A DNA stretch of 62,190 bases from a virus. Its lineage: Duplodnaviria > Caudoviricetes. The stretch is taken from the IMG/VR virus record IMGVR_UViG_3300017978_000202, positions 1 to 62,190 of that record; one strand, given 5' to 3'. The translations under genes and the position numbers were made by a program. A model generated the notes under the pieces. That model was not told where the DNA came from. It made no database searches and saw only the letters and a list, made by a program, of their open reading frames with translations. Below, one piece after another: positions 46,847-54,840 of this stretch. Position 1 is the first letter of the stretch; each line of letters begins with the position of its first letter.

Positions 46847-46954
46847 AGTCAGGTGGCGGAATTGGTAAACGCATGGATGATTACCCCTATAATCATTGGT
46901 TCATAACCAAACAGCAAGGTGTGGCACTTACAGGTTCGAATCCTGTCCTGACTA
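46847..46954 (+). ncRNA. tRNA-like RNA 1 (Leu-type D arm, no canonical anticodon arm)
   Basis: Acceptor AGTCAGG/CCTGACT-A, D arm GCG-GAATTGGTAAA-CGC, T arm ACAGG-TTCGAAT-CCTGT; 57-nt middle. Confidence 0.8.
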
Positions 46955-46970
46955 CTAAAAATTAAATGAT

Positions 46971-47171
46971 ATGGAAAATAATTGTAAATGTTGTGGTCGT
47001 AATTTAGAATTAAGGTTTGGTGTTTGCTTTGATTGTGCGGATGCGGAATCAGTAATTGTAGAAGGTGTTGATATGTGGGATAAAGAAATTCCTAAAATAG
47101 AAGGTTTATCAACATCCCTTTCTAAATTACAATACATTCTTAAAAAATTTGGTATAACTAAAAATCAATAA
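46971..47171 (+). CDS. Small zinc-finger protein (CxxC...CxxC) between tRNA-like repeats
   Basis: CKCCG....FGVCFDC; AT-rich. Confidence 0.6.
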   Translation: MENNCKCCGRNLELRFGVCFDCADAESVIVEGVDMWDKEIPKIEGLSTSLSKLQYILKKFGITKNQ

Positions 47172-47177
47172 ACTAAT

Positions 47178-47352
47178 AGTCAGGTGGCGGAAAGTGTGCC
47201 CTGTTATTACGGGAAGTACATGGGAAAACGCTAAAAGCAAAGGTTGGTGTCCGTAATCAGTCGGTGTAAAGCTCCGTAATACCTTTGAAATAGGTACTTC
47301 AAACGGCTTTCTAGATAAGCCTACCATACAGGTTCGAATCCTGTCCTGACTA
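47178..47352 (+). ncRNA. tRNA-like RNA 2 (39-nt D-loop, 96-nt middle)
   Basis: Same acceptor and T arms as RNA 1; extra hairpins CCTGT/ACGGG, CAAAGGT/ACCTTTG, GGCTT/AAGCC. Confidence 0.8.
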
Positions 47353-47356
47353 CGAA

Positions 47357-47466
47357 TAGTGAGAACCTCGGTCGCAGCTATAATAGATAAGCGAAGATGC
47401 TTTTTGGAAGCGACTTCTAATTGATGCGCAAAATGCGAGTGGTGACTAACGGGGAGAGACCCGTAC
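47357..47466 (+). ncRNA. Candidate structured ncRNA
   Basis: GTCGC/GCGAC, CGCA/TGCG and ACGGG-GAGAGA-CCCGT stems in a non-coding gap. Confidence 0.4.
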
Positions 47467-47467
47467 A

Positions 47468-47549
47468 GGCTAGTTAGATTAAAAGTAAATCATGGGTGAC
47501 GCTGAAAATGCAAAAGACCAAGCAGCAGGGGCAGTACCTGCACTAGCCA
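47468..47549 (+). ncRNA. tRNA-like RNA 4 with GGCAGTA T-loop and distorted anticodon arm
   Basis: Acceptor GGCTAGT/ACTAGCC-A, D arm GATT/AATC, T arm GCAGG-GGCAGTA-CCTGC. Confidence 0.7.
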
Positions 47550-47559
47550 CAAATAACCT

Positions 47560-47684
47560 AGTCAGGTGGCGGAATTGGTAACGCAGTCACGTTGGAAGAA
47601 AAAAGACCAAGCTTTGAGTGATTCCAGTGGTGTAACCGTCTTGGTGTAATGGTGAGTTTACAGGTTCGAGTCCTGTCCTGACTA
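47560..47684 (+). ncRNA. tRNA-like RNA 3 (75-nt middle)
   Basis: Same acceptor/D/T scaffold; extended arm AGTCAC/GTGATT with TTGG/CCAA and A-rich loop. Confidence 0.8.
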
Positions 47685-47758
47685 CAACTAACATTTACTT
47701 AGCCTCAGAGGTAGGTGTTGGTTCAAATAGACTGAGGCATACAAAAACAATTTACACA

Positions 47759-48058
47759 ATGGCACAAGACGAAAAAATCTTTGCAGAAGGTTTCTCCTTC
47801 AAGAGAAACGAAAAGGCTCCTGACTTTGTAGTGGGGAGACTATCTCTAAAAGTTGATGATGCAGTAGCATTCCTCAAGGAACACCAGCGTAATGGCTGGG
47901 TCAACCTGAACGTGAAGACCGCTCGTAGCGGTAACCACTACGTTGAGCTAGACACCTACGAGGCACCTTCTGGAGCCAAGCCAACTGAAGTGAAGGCTAA
48001 GCCACAAGCAAAGGTGGTACTACCAGAGCCTGAGGATGATGGTGAGTTGCCATTCTAA
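47759..48058 (+). CDS. Single-stranded DNA-binding protein-like
   Basis: APDFV.G.LS, GWVNL, acidic DDGELPF tail; follows the Sak/exonuclease genes. Confidence 0.65.
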   Translation: MAQDEKIFAEGFSFKRNEKAPDFVVGRLSLKVDDAVAFLKEHQRNGWVNLNVKTARSGNHYVELDTYEAPSGAKPTEVKAKPQAKVVLPEPEDDGELPF

Positions 48059-48070
48059 TGGAGGAAAAAT

Positions 48071-48098
48071 AGGGGGAGACAATCTCTCCCTTTTTTTT
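48071..48098 (+). terminator. Rho-independent terminator
   Basis: GGGGGAGA-CAA-TCTCTCCC then T8. Confidence 0.7.
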
Positions 48099-48108
48099 AG
48101 CCTTTTTG

Positions 48109-48258
48109 CCTGACGAAAATGTCAACACAAACTCCCCTATTCTTTCTATATATAATTTCTATTCTTTTTATTTTTTTTAATTAAATTTTAAGAATAAAAT
48201 TGACATAATCGACAGTAGTTTGATAATCAGTAACTTACACGACATAAAATCGACACCC
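48109..48258. repeat. Origin-like element B, homologous to 39411-39580
   Basis: Shared blocks AAATGTCAA, TTCTATATATA, ATAATCA.TAA.TTA, CGACATAAAA(A)TCGACA. Confidence 0.6.
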
Positions 48259-48269
48259 ATTCAACATTT

Positions 48270-50675
48270 ATGACACAAGATGTAACCATATTTAAAAGTA
48301 TCAGGGATACGGACACTCCGTTCCATAGGGACGTGAGGCTAATCCTTAATAGAATTAAGGAAGGGACTGAGTCCACAAAGGATTTGGTTAAGCGCATACG
48401 CCTAGAGAAGCGCAAGCCTGAGCGACAGGAACTAAAGAAGCTATTGCCTGCAATTTGCTTCAGCGGTACATTCAACAAGAGAACAGATTCATCCCTGATT
48501 CAGCACTCAGGATTGATATGCCTAGACTTCGATGGCTATGATAAGTCCAAGGAGTTGCTACAGGACAAGGAGAGCCTATCCAAGAACAAGTACGTTTTCT
48601 CTGTATTCATTAGCCCGTCAGGGAACGGGCTAAAGGTATTGGTAAAGATTCCTGCAGATGCAGAGAACCATACCAACTACTTCAACAGCCTAGAGAAGTA
48701 CTTCAACAGCCCTTACTTCGACAAGACTAGCAAGAACCTATCACGTGTATGCTACGAGTCTTACGACCCGCTCCTGCACATCAACGAGAACAGCAGTATA
48801 TGGGACTTGATTGAGGAGCCTGAGTACACAGAGGTCAACAAGACCAGAGACCAGCCTACGATTCCAATCACGGATGAGAATAAGATTGTGGACATACTCG
48901 TGAAGTGGTGGACAAAGAAGTATCCAATGAACGAGGGACAGCGCAATCAGAACTGCTATGTCCTAGCCATGGCCTTCAATGACTTTGGAATCAACAAGGG
49001 ATTGGCATCTTATATATTGAATCAGTACGCCTCTGAGGACTTTACAACTCGGGAGATTGCCAATACAATTGACTCTGCCTACAAGCACACGGCTAACTTC
49101 GGGACCAAGTACTATGAGGATGAGGAGCGCATCAATAACATCAGAGCCAAACTCAGACGTGGCGTATCAAAAAAAGAGATTCGCATCCAACTGCAGGACT
49201 CCCACTTGGAGAGCGATATAATCGAATCCGTGCTCAATAAGGTAGAGGAAGAGAATTCAAAGCAAACCTTCTGGGATAGGAATGACAAGGGAGTAGTAAA
49301 GATAATTCACATTCAGTTCAAGCAGTTCCTTGAGGACAATGGGTTCTACAAGTTCTGCCCTGAGGGAGGAAAGAACTACGTGTTTGTAAAGGTCACTAAC
49401 AACTTGATTGACCACACTTCCGACAAAGAGATTAAGGACTTCGTGTTGGACCACCTGCTTGAGCTAGATGACATTGGAGTATACAATTACTTCGCAGACC
49501 AGACTAGGTTCTTCAAGGAGGAGTTTCTCTCCTTGCTTTCTACGATTGAGATTTACTTCATTGCGGATACAAAGGATGCGTCTTACCTGTACTACAAGAA
49601 CTGCGCTGTAAGAATAACAAAGGATGGAGTTTCACTATTGGACTACATTGACCTTGGCGGATATGTCTGGAAAGACCACGTGATTGACAGGAACTTTGTC
49701 AAGTGTAGTGTGTCAGACAACTTTGATTTTAAAAAGTTTGTCAGCAATATCAATGGTGGCGATGAGGGACGCATCAAGTCCATGGAAAGTACGATGGGAT
49801 TCCTGCTTCACGGATATAAGAACCTTGGCTTCTGTCCTGCGGTAATCCTCAATGACGAAGTGATAAGCGACAACCCTGAGGGAGGTACAGGAAAAGGATT
49901 GCTTATGAATGCGCTTAGCAAGATGAAGAAGCTAGTGGTGATTGATGGTAAGTCATTTGCATTCGAGCGTAGCTTCGCCTATCAGTTGGTGTCAGCAGAC
50001 ACCCAGATACTTTGCTTCGATGATGTGAGAAAGCACTTTGACTTTGAGCGTTTGTTCAGTGTGGTAACTGAAGGGCTAACTCTTGAGAAGAAGAACAAGG
50101 ATGCCATCAAGATTCCGTTCGCCAAGTCACCAAAGATTGCCATCACTACAAACTATGCAATCAAGGGTGCCGGCAATTCATTTGCAAGACGTAAGTGGGA
50201 GCTGGAGCTACACCAATTTTACAGAAAGGACTACACGCCACAGGATGAGTTCGGAAGGCTTATGTTCGGTGATTGGAACGATGACGATTGGTGTGAGTTT
50301 GACAACTACATGATTGGATGTCTTAAAAATTACCTGAGGACGGGACTAGTTAAAAGCAGATTTGTTAACTTGAAAATACGTCAGCTATCTGCCGAGAGTT
50401 GCCATGAGTTTATCGAGTGGTGTGGTCTGGTGGATAGTGCAGAGCGAAACGTGATGCTACAGGTTGACACTAGGCTGTACAAGAATGAGCTGTATTCTAA
50501 CTTCGTGGAGGAGTACCCTGACTATGGGCCTAGAGGTCGAATGAGCATCAGTAGAACTAAGTTCTACAAGTGGTTGATTGCTTACGCAATTTATAAGGAA
50601 GGTACCTTGCCTGAAGAGGACAGGGACCAACAGGGTAGATGGATAATTATTAAAAGCAAAAAAGACGATGAGTAA
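48270..50675 (+). CDS. Primase-helicase (BT4734/VirE-N-like primase + PriCT + P-loop helicase)
   Basis: HSGLICLDFD, FISPSGNGLKV, GQRN, GGTGKG Walker A, FDDV Walker B, ITTNY. Confidence 0.85.
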   Translation: MTQDVTIFKSIRDTDTPFHRDVRLILNRIKEGTESTKDLVKRIRLEKRKPERQELKKLLPAICFSGTFNKRTDSSLIQHSGLICLDFDGYDKSKELLQDKESLSKNKYVFSVFISPSGNGLKVLVKIPADAENHTNYFNSLEKYFNSPYFDKTSKNLSRVCYESYDPLLHINENSSIWDLIEEPEYTEVNKTRDQPTIPITDENKIVDILVKWWTKKYPMNEGQRNQNCYVLAMAFNDFGINKGLASYILNQYASEDFTTREIANTIDSAYKHTANFGTKYYEDEERINNIRAKLRRGVSKKEIRIQLQDSHLESDIIESVLNKVEEENSKQTFWDRNDKGVVKIIHIQFKQFLEDNGFYKFCPEGGKNYVFVKVTNNLIDHTSDKEIKDFVLDHLLELDDIGVYNYFADQTRFFKEEFLSLLSTIEIYFIADTKDASYLYYKNCAVRITKDGVSLLDYIDLGGYVWKDHVIDRNFVKCSVSDNFDFKKFVSNINGGDEGRIKSMESTMGFLLHGYKNLGFCPAVILNDEVISDNPEGGTGKGLLMNALSKMKKLVVIDGKSFAFERSFAYQLVSADTQILCFDDVRKHFDFERLFSVVTEGLTLEKKNKDAIKIPFAKSPKIAITTNYAIKGAGNSFARRKWELELHQFYRKDYTPQDEFGRLMFGDWNDDDWCEFDNYMIGCLKNYLRTGLVKSRFVNLKIRQLSAESCHEFIEWCGLVDSAERNVMLQVDTRLYKNELYSNFVEEYPDYGPRGRMSISRTKFYKWLIAYAIYKEGTLPEEDRDQQGRWIIIKSKKDDE

Positions 50676-50832
50676 TGTAATAATTTGGAACTACGTGTTC
50701 CACTTCAGTGAGTATACCAACAAGTGGTATGCGATACATAGAGACAAGTACCTAGACTATTGGAGCGCTGAGAAGGATAGCTTCCTGAGTGATGAGAACC
50801 TTGATGAGTTGATTAAGAAGATAAAAAAATGA
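50668..50832 (+). CDS. Small protein (54 aa)
   Basis: Manual translation MSNVIIWNYVFHFSEYTNKWYAI...; overlaps both neighbours. Confidence 0.6.
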   Translation: MSNVIIWNYVFHFSEYTNKWYAIHRDKYLDYWSAEKDSFLSDENLDELIKKIKK

Positions 50833-52319
50833 CACAAGTTCTGGCAAGGATACCAGCATACAGCAACCAGTCTATGCTAGACTATTGCGACACGTTACTA
50901 TCAATACTTACTCAGAGCTACCAGACAAAGGTCGGCAGAGGTAAGAAGGTGGAAATGGTTAAGGTATTCAAGCACAAGCAAGACCAAGATGTCATTGACA
51001 AATTAATCAGGAGCAAGGAGCACTACCATAAATTAAATCAAATGGAAATCCCAGTAGTAATAACACAGGGCAAAATTCAGTTCAGAGATTATCAGTGGGA
51101 CATCATAAAGAAGGGCTCCAGTATTCTAAATGAACATGGGTTCTTATATCTAGCAATGGAAGTAAGGACTGGCAAGACTCTCACGAGTCTAGGCATTGCA
51201 GAAAAGCTTGGTCTAAAGAAGGTGCTGTTTGTTACCAAAAAGAAGGCTATTGGCACAATCGAGGCTGACTACAGGATGCTTGTGCCATCGTATGAGATTA
51301 CGGTAATCAACTACGAGAGCCTTCACTTGGTGATGGACAATGAGGAGTGGGACTTGGTGATTTGCGATGAGGCTCACAGTATGGGGGCTTTCCCTAAGCC
51401 AAGTAGCAGGGCTATTCTGGTGGCTCAGGTGATAAGAAAGTATAGACCAAAGGTGATACTGCTATCAGGTACACCGACCCCTGAGAGCTACTCTCAGATG
51501 TATCATCAGGTCTATGCTATACCTCATAATCCCTTCAGTGAGTTCGCAAATTTCTACAGATTTTGCGATAAATATGTGAACGTAAAGCAGAAGAAAATCA
51601 ACTCGATGTTCATTAAAGACTACAGCCATGGGCTGTATGATATCATCAAGGCAATGGAGCCGTACACGATTAACTACACGCAGGCTGAGGCTGGATTCAA
51701 GTCAGAGGTGAAGGAGGAGGTGCTGTATGTTCCAATGAAGGACTCAACCTACAGCATGATTAAGAGGCTCAAGCGGGACCTAGTAATCGAGGGTAAGGAG
51801 GAGACCATACTTGCGGACACGGCTGTTAAGTTGATGATGAAGGTACACCAGCTATGCAGTGGCACCATTAAGTTCGAGAGCGGCAACAGCATGGTGCTAG
51901 ACACCACCAAGGCAGAGTTCATTAAACAAAAATTTCAAGGAAGTAAGGTAGGCATCTTCTATAAATTTAAAGAAGAGTACAACGCCTTGAAGCAGGTGTT
52001 CGGGGATGACTTGACTAGCGAGCTGAGTGTATTCGAAGACACTGACAAGAACATAGCGTTGCAGATTGTATCAGGACGAGAAGGCATCTCCCTTCGGGAC
52101 GCTGACTTCTTGGTGTACTACAACATTGACTTCAGCGCTACTAGTTATTGGCAGAGCAAGGACAGGATGACAACCAAGGAAAGGCTAGAGAATCAGGTCT
52201 ACTGGGTGTTTTCACAGGGAGGTATTGAACAAGACATATACAAAGCAGTATCAGACAAGAAAGATTATACGCTTTCGCATTTCTCTAAAACATTAAAAAA
52301 TGAATCAGATACCAATTAG
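50829..52319 (+). CDS. SF2 (SNF2/DEAD-like) helicase
   Basis: FRDYQ, VRTGKT, DEAH, LSGTP, Q..DR motifs. Confidence 0.85.
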   Translation: MTQVLARIPAYSNQSMLDYCDTLLSILTQSYQTKVGRGKKVEMVKVFKHKQDQDVIDKLIRSKEHYHKLNQMEIPVVITQGKIQFRDYQWDIIKKGSSILNEHGFLYLAMEVRTGKTLTSLGIAEKLGLKKVLFVTKKKAIGTIEADYRMLVPSYEITVINYESLHLVMDNEEWDLVICDEAHSMGAFPKPSSRAILVAQVIRKYRPKVILLSGTPTPESYSQMYHQVYAIPHNPFSEFANFYRFCDKYVNVKQKKINSMFIKDYSHGLYDIIKAMEPYTINYTQAEAGFKSEVKEEVLYVPMKDSTYSMIKRLKRDLVIEGKEETILADTAVKLMMKVHQLCSGTIKFESGNSMVLDTTKAEFIKQKFQGSKVGIFYKFKEEYNALKQVFGDDLTSELSVFEDTDKNIALQIVSGREGISLRDADFLVYYNIDFSATSYWQSKDRMTTKERLENQVYWVFSQGGIEQDIYKAVSDKKDYTLSHFSKTLKNESDTN

Positions 52320-52343
52320 TCAAAAATTAAACGCAACATTTAT

Positions 52344-52547
52344 ATGACACAGACAGCAGCAGAGTATTTATTTGAAAAACTATGGGATACACCAAAGGAT
52401 AAGTTTGCTTGGCGTTATAATCTAGCTAAAGCCAAGAATATTGAAGAGTCTAATCTTCTTCGTTATGGAGCTAAATGTTTTACAAATGGTTTGGTGGTTG
52501 GATTATCATCAGCTATTCTTGGAATATTATTGTCAAAATTTATATGA
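52344..52547 (+). CDS. QTA-family small protein with C-terminal TM segment
   Basis: MTQTAAEYL start; hydrophobic end. Confidence 0.55.
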   Translation: MTQTAAEYLFEKLWDTPKDKFAWRYNLAKAKNIEESNLLRYGAKCFTNGLVVGLSSAILGILLSKFI

Positions 52548-52810
52548 AACAGACAGCAATACAACAAGCCATTGCGATGGTGAGAAACAGAATGGAGTCA
52601 ATGAATGACACTCTAATGGGTAAGCATACCGCTCATCATCTTCAACAAGTTGAGAGAGAGTTATACGAATTGCTTGAGGTAGAGAAGGAGCAGACTCAAG
52701 ATTCTTATTTGGAGGGTGATAAGATGGAAGGTAGAGCTAGCTTAGATGATGCGGCAGAATACTACGAAGAAACCTACGAAAACGGAACCTTTAACACAGA
52801 AAAGAAATGA
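52544..52810 (+). CDS. QTA-family small protein
   Basis: MKQTAIQ...EKEQ...AEYYEETY; start re-assigned. Confidence 0.6.
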   Translation: MKQTAIQQAIAMVRNRMESMNDTLMGKHTAHHLQQVERELYELLEVEKEQTQDSYLEGDKMEGRASLDDAAEYYEETYENGTFNTEKK

Positions 52811-53145
52811 AAAACGAATTTATTCCTTACGAACAATCGGTGGAGCTAAAGAAATTAGGGTTTGATGAACCTTGTTTTGGTTACAGAGCTGAGGGGGATG
52901 ACGTGATGATTAAATATATCCCCCATTGTGTGATATCTGCGCCAACATTCTCACAAGCATTTAGATGGTTTAGATATAATTACTGGTTGATTGGTGAGAT
53001 ATTTAGTCAATTAAGACCTTCTAATAATTTTATGTATGGATTCAAGATAGGAGGGTCAGATATTATTTTTGATTGCTTTCAAACCTACGAAGAAGCAGAA
53101 CTTGAATGTCTTAAAAAATTAATTGAAATTGTAAACACCAAATAG
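52807..53145 (+). CDS. Conserved Bacteroidota-phage protein
   Basis: EFIPYE...LK.LGFDEPC...APT.SQAFRWFR...TYEEAE motif. Confidence 0.7.
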   Translation: MKNEFIPYEQSVELKKLGFDEPCFGYRAEGDDVMIKYIPHCVISAPTFSQAFRWFRYNYWLIGEIFSQLRPSNNFMYGFKIGGSDIIFDCFQTYEEAELECLKKLIEIVNTK

Positions 53146-53147
53146 AA

Positions 53148-53399
53148 ATGAAACAGACAGCAGTAGATTTCTTATCAGAAAAGTATATGTACGTCACTTG
53201 GTTACGCAATAGAGATGAGATATCAGCAGAACAAGCAGACAAGATGAGGGCACAGTACTTAGCAGAAGCCAAAGAGATTGAGAAACAGCAATCAATTAAT
53301 TTTGCAAGGTTATGTTTGAATAAAGCAAAAGACTTGGATGTACTAACAGCATTTATTAATGTTCAACAATACTACAACGAAACGTACGGTAAGAAATGA
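53148..53399 (+). CDS. QTA-family small protein
   Basis: MKQTAVDFL...EKQQ...QYYNETYGK. Confidence 0.65.
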   Translation: MKQTAVDFLSEKYMYVTWLRNRDEISAEQADKMRAQYLAEAKEIEKQQSINFARLCLNKAKDLDVLTAFINVQQYYNETYGKK

Positions 53400-53423
53400 C
53401 TACCCGACCCACCCCCTATAAAT

Positions 53424-53636
53424 ATGAATAGAAAAGACTTTCTAAAGCGGTTAGGATTACTAACCACTACCGCAATAGCAGCACCTGCAATACTAGCAGA
53501 GCAGTCGCAAATTGCGACCACAAAAATAACTACTGACTCAACCTCTGATACAGCCAATATAAGAATAATGACGGGCTCACAAGAGCGAATGAGGATAGGT
53601 TCTAATGGTGATACTTACTACTATAAAATTTATTAA
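53424..53636 (+). CDS. Small protein with Tat-like signal peptide
   Basis: NRKDFLK then hydrophobic stretch; C-terminal ERMRIGSNG. Confidence 0.5.
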   Translation: MNRKDFLKRLGLLTTTAIAAPAILAEQSQIATTKITTDSTSDTANIRIMTGSQERMRIGSNGDTYYYKIY

Positions 53637-53639
53637 ACT

Positions 53640-53843
53640 ATGCCAGACATAACAATGTGCCCGGGGACAAATTGTCCCTACAAAGAAACCTGTTATCGAT
53701 ATACAGCTAAGCCTGATGAGTATTGGCAATCCTACTTTATGGAAGCCCCTATCAAGGATGGTAAATGTGATATGTACTGGGGAGACAATGCAGAAATTAT
53801 TTTCAAACAATTAAAAGAAATAACAAAAAAATGCACAGAATAA
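53640..53843 (+). CDS. Cys-rich conserved small phage protein
   Basis: PDITMC....CP....CYRY...WQSYF...C..YW. Confidence 0.7.
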   Translation: MPDITMCPGTNCPYKETCYRYTAKPDEYWQSYFMEAPIKDGKCDMYWGDNAEIIFKQLKEITKKCTE

Positions 53844-54061
53844 TAGCACACATGAGTAAGCCAACAGTATTTACTGTTAAGCATTACGGTAAAACTATCA
53901 CGATTGAAATCGACCATAGCGACATAGATTTCCATGAAGTGATGGTAACAATTGAATCGCTTACAATCGCTATGGGATTCGGTAAAGATAGCTTTAGAAA
54001 TTGGGTAAAAGAATCTGCAGAAATTTATGCAGAGGAGGACAAAGAAACATTCAACGACTAA
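53831..54061 (+). CDS. Hypothetical protein
   Basis: ORF track. Confidence 0.55.
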   Translation: MHRIIAHMSKPTVFTVKHYGKTITIEIDHSDIDFHEVMVTIESLTIAMGFGKDSFRNWVKESAEIYAEEDKETFND

Positions 54062-54062
54062 C

Positions 54063-54218
54063 ATGATATACAAGGTACACGGGCACAAGTTCCACGATAT
54101 GGAACGGCTCAATAGTCAGGTAGAAAAAGTGATGCGAAGGTTCGGTCATCAGTTTGGATACTTCGAGATAGGTGAGATGTACGAGATTGACGGCACCGTA
54201 AACCTAATCCTTGAATAA
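54063..54218 (+). CDS. Hypothetical protein
   Basis: Start re-assigned to ATG 54063; TAATG coupling to next gene. Confidence 0.5.
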   Translation: MIYKVHGHKFHDMERLNSQVEKVMRRFGHQFGYFEIGEMYEIDGTVNLILE

Positions 54219-54580
54219 TGAAGTACTCAAGAAGTTTCAAGCACGATGTAGTTGTTGGACAGATTGGTGAAGACTGGGCTAAAGAATTTTTCTCTGGAGC
54301 ATTTAAGCTCGAGGTTAAGTTCGACTCAATGGCTCACGTCACTGGCAATATCTTCATCGAATACTCTTCTAGAGGCAAGCCATCAGGGATAGCAGTAACA
54401 GATGCCGAGTATTACTTGTACATAATAGCTGAGTTCAACAACGCCATCATATTGAACGTAGAGAATCTAAAGGAAAGACTGAGGTACTACTACAAGCACA
54501 ATATGTACATAAGAAATGGCGGTGACGATGACACCTCAGTTGGTTTCTTGGTCCCCATAAGCGAGTTATTAATGGTATGA
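54218..54580 (+). CDS. PD-(D/E)XK-like nuclease
   Basis: G..GE, EVK.D, TGNIFIEY..RGKPSG motifs. Confidence 0.6.
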   Translation: MKYSRSFKHDVVVGQIGEDWAKEFFSGAFKLEVKFDSMAHVTGNIFIEYSSRGKPSGIAVTDAEYYLYIIAEFNNAIILNVENLKERLRYYYKHNMYIRNGGDDDTSVGFLVPISELLMV

Positions 54581-54840
54581 CAGAACAACAAATACAATCA
54601 AAACTAATCAAGGAGTTAGAGTCCAAGGGATACTTCGTCATCAAGTTGATTAACACCAACAAGAATGGCATCCCTGACTTAATAGCTATACCAAAGAACT
54701 CAGACGTGGAGTTCTACGAGGTTAAGAGACCAAAGAGAGGGAAGACATCAGAGCTACAGAAGTACAGAATAAAAGAGCTCAAAGCTCACGGAATTAAAGT
54801 TGAAATCTATAAAGGAATCGAATCAAATGATAATGCATAA
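54577..54840 (+). CDS. VRR-NUC domain nuclease
   Basis: E..IQ, G.PDL, F.EVK, S.LQ motifs. Confidence 0.8.
   Translation: MTEQQIQSKLIKELESKGYFVIKLINTNKNGIPDLIAIPKNSDVEFYEVKRPKRGKTSELQKYRIKELKAHGIKVEIYKGIESNDNA

Noticed and set aside
46847-47684. Ordinary tRNA-Leu genes, intron-containing tRNAs or tmRNA
   Set aside because: No canonical anticodon arm; inserts are too short for group I introns; no G3:U70 pair or tag ORF.
46846-47685. CRISPR array
   Set aside because: Repeats are paired tRNA halves with irregular spacing and no cas genes are visible.
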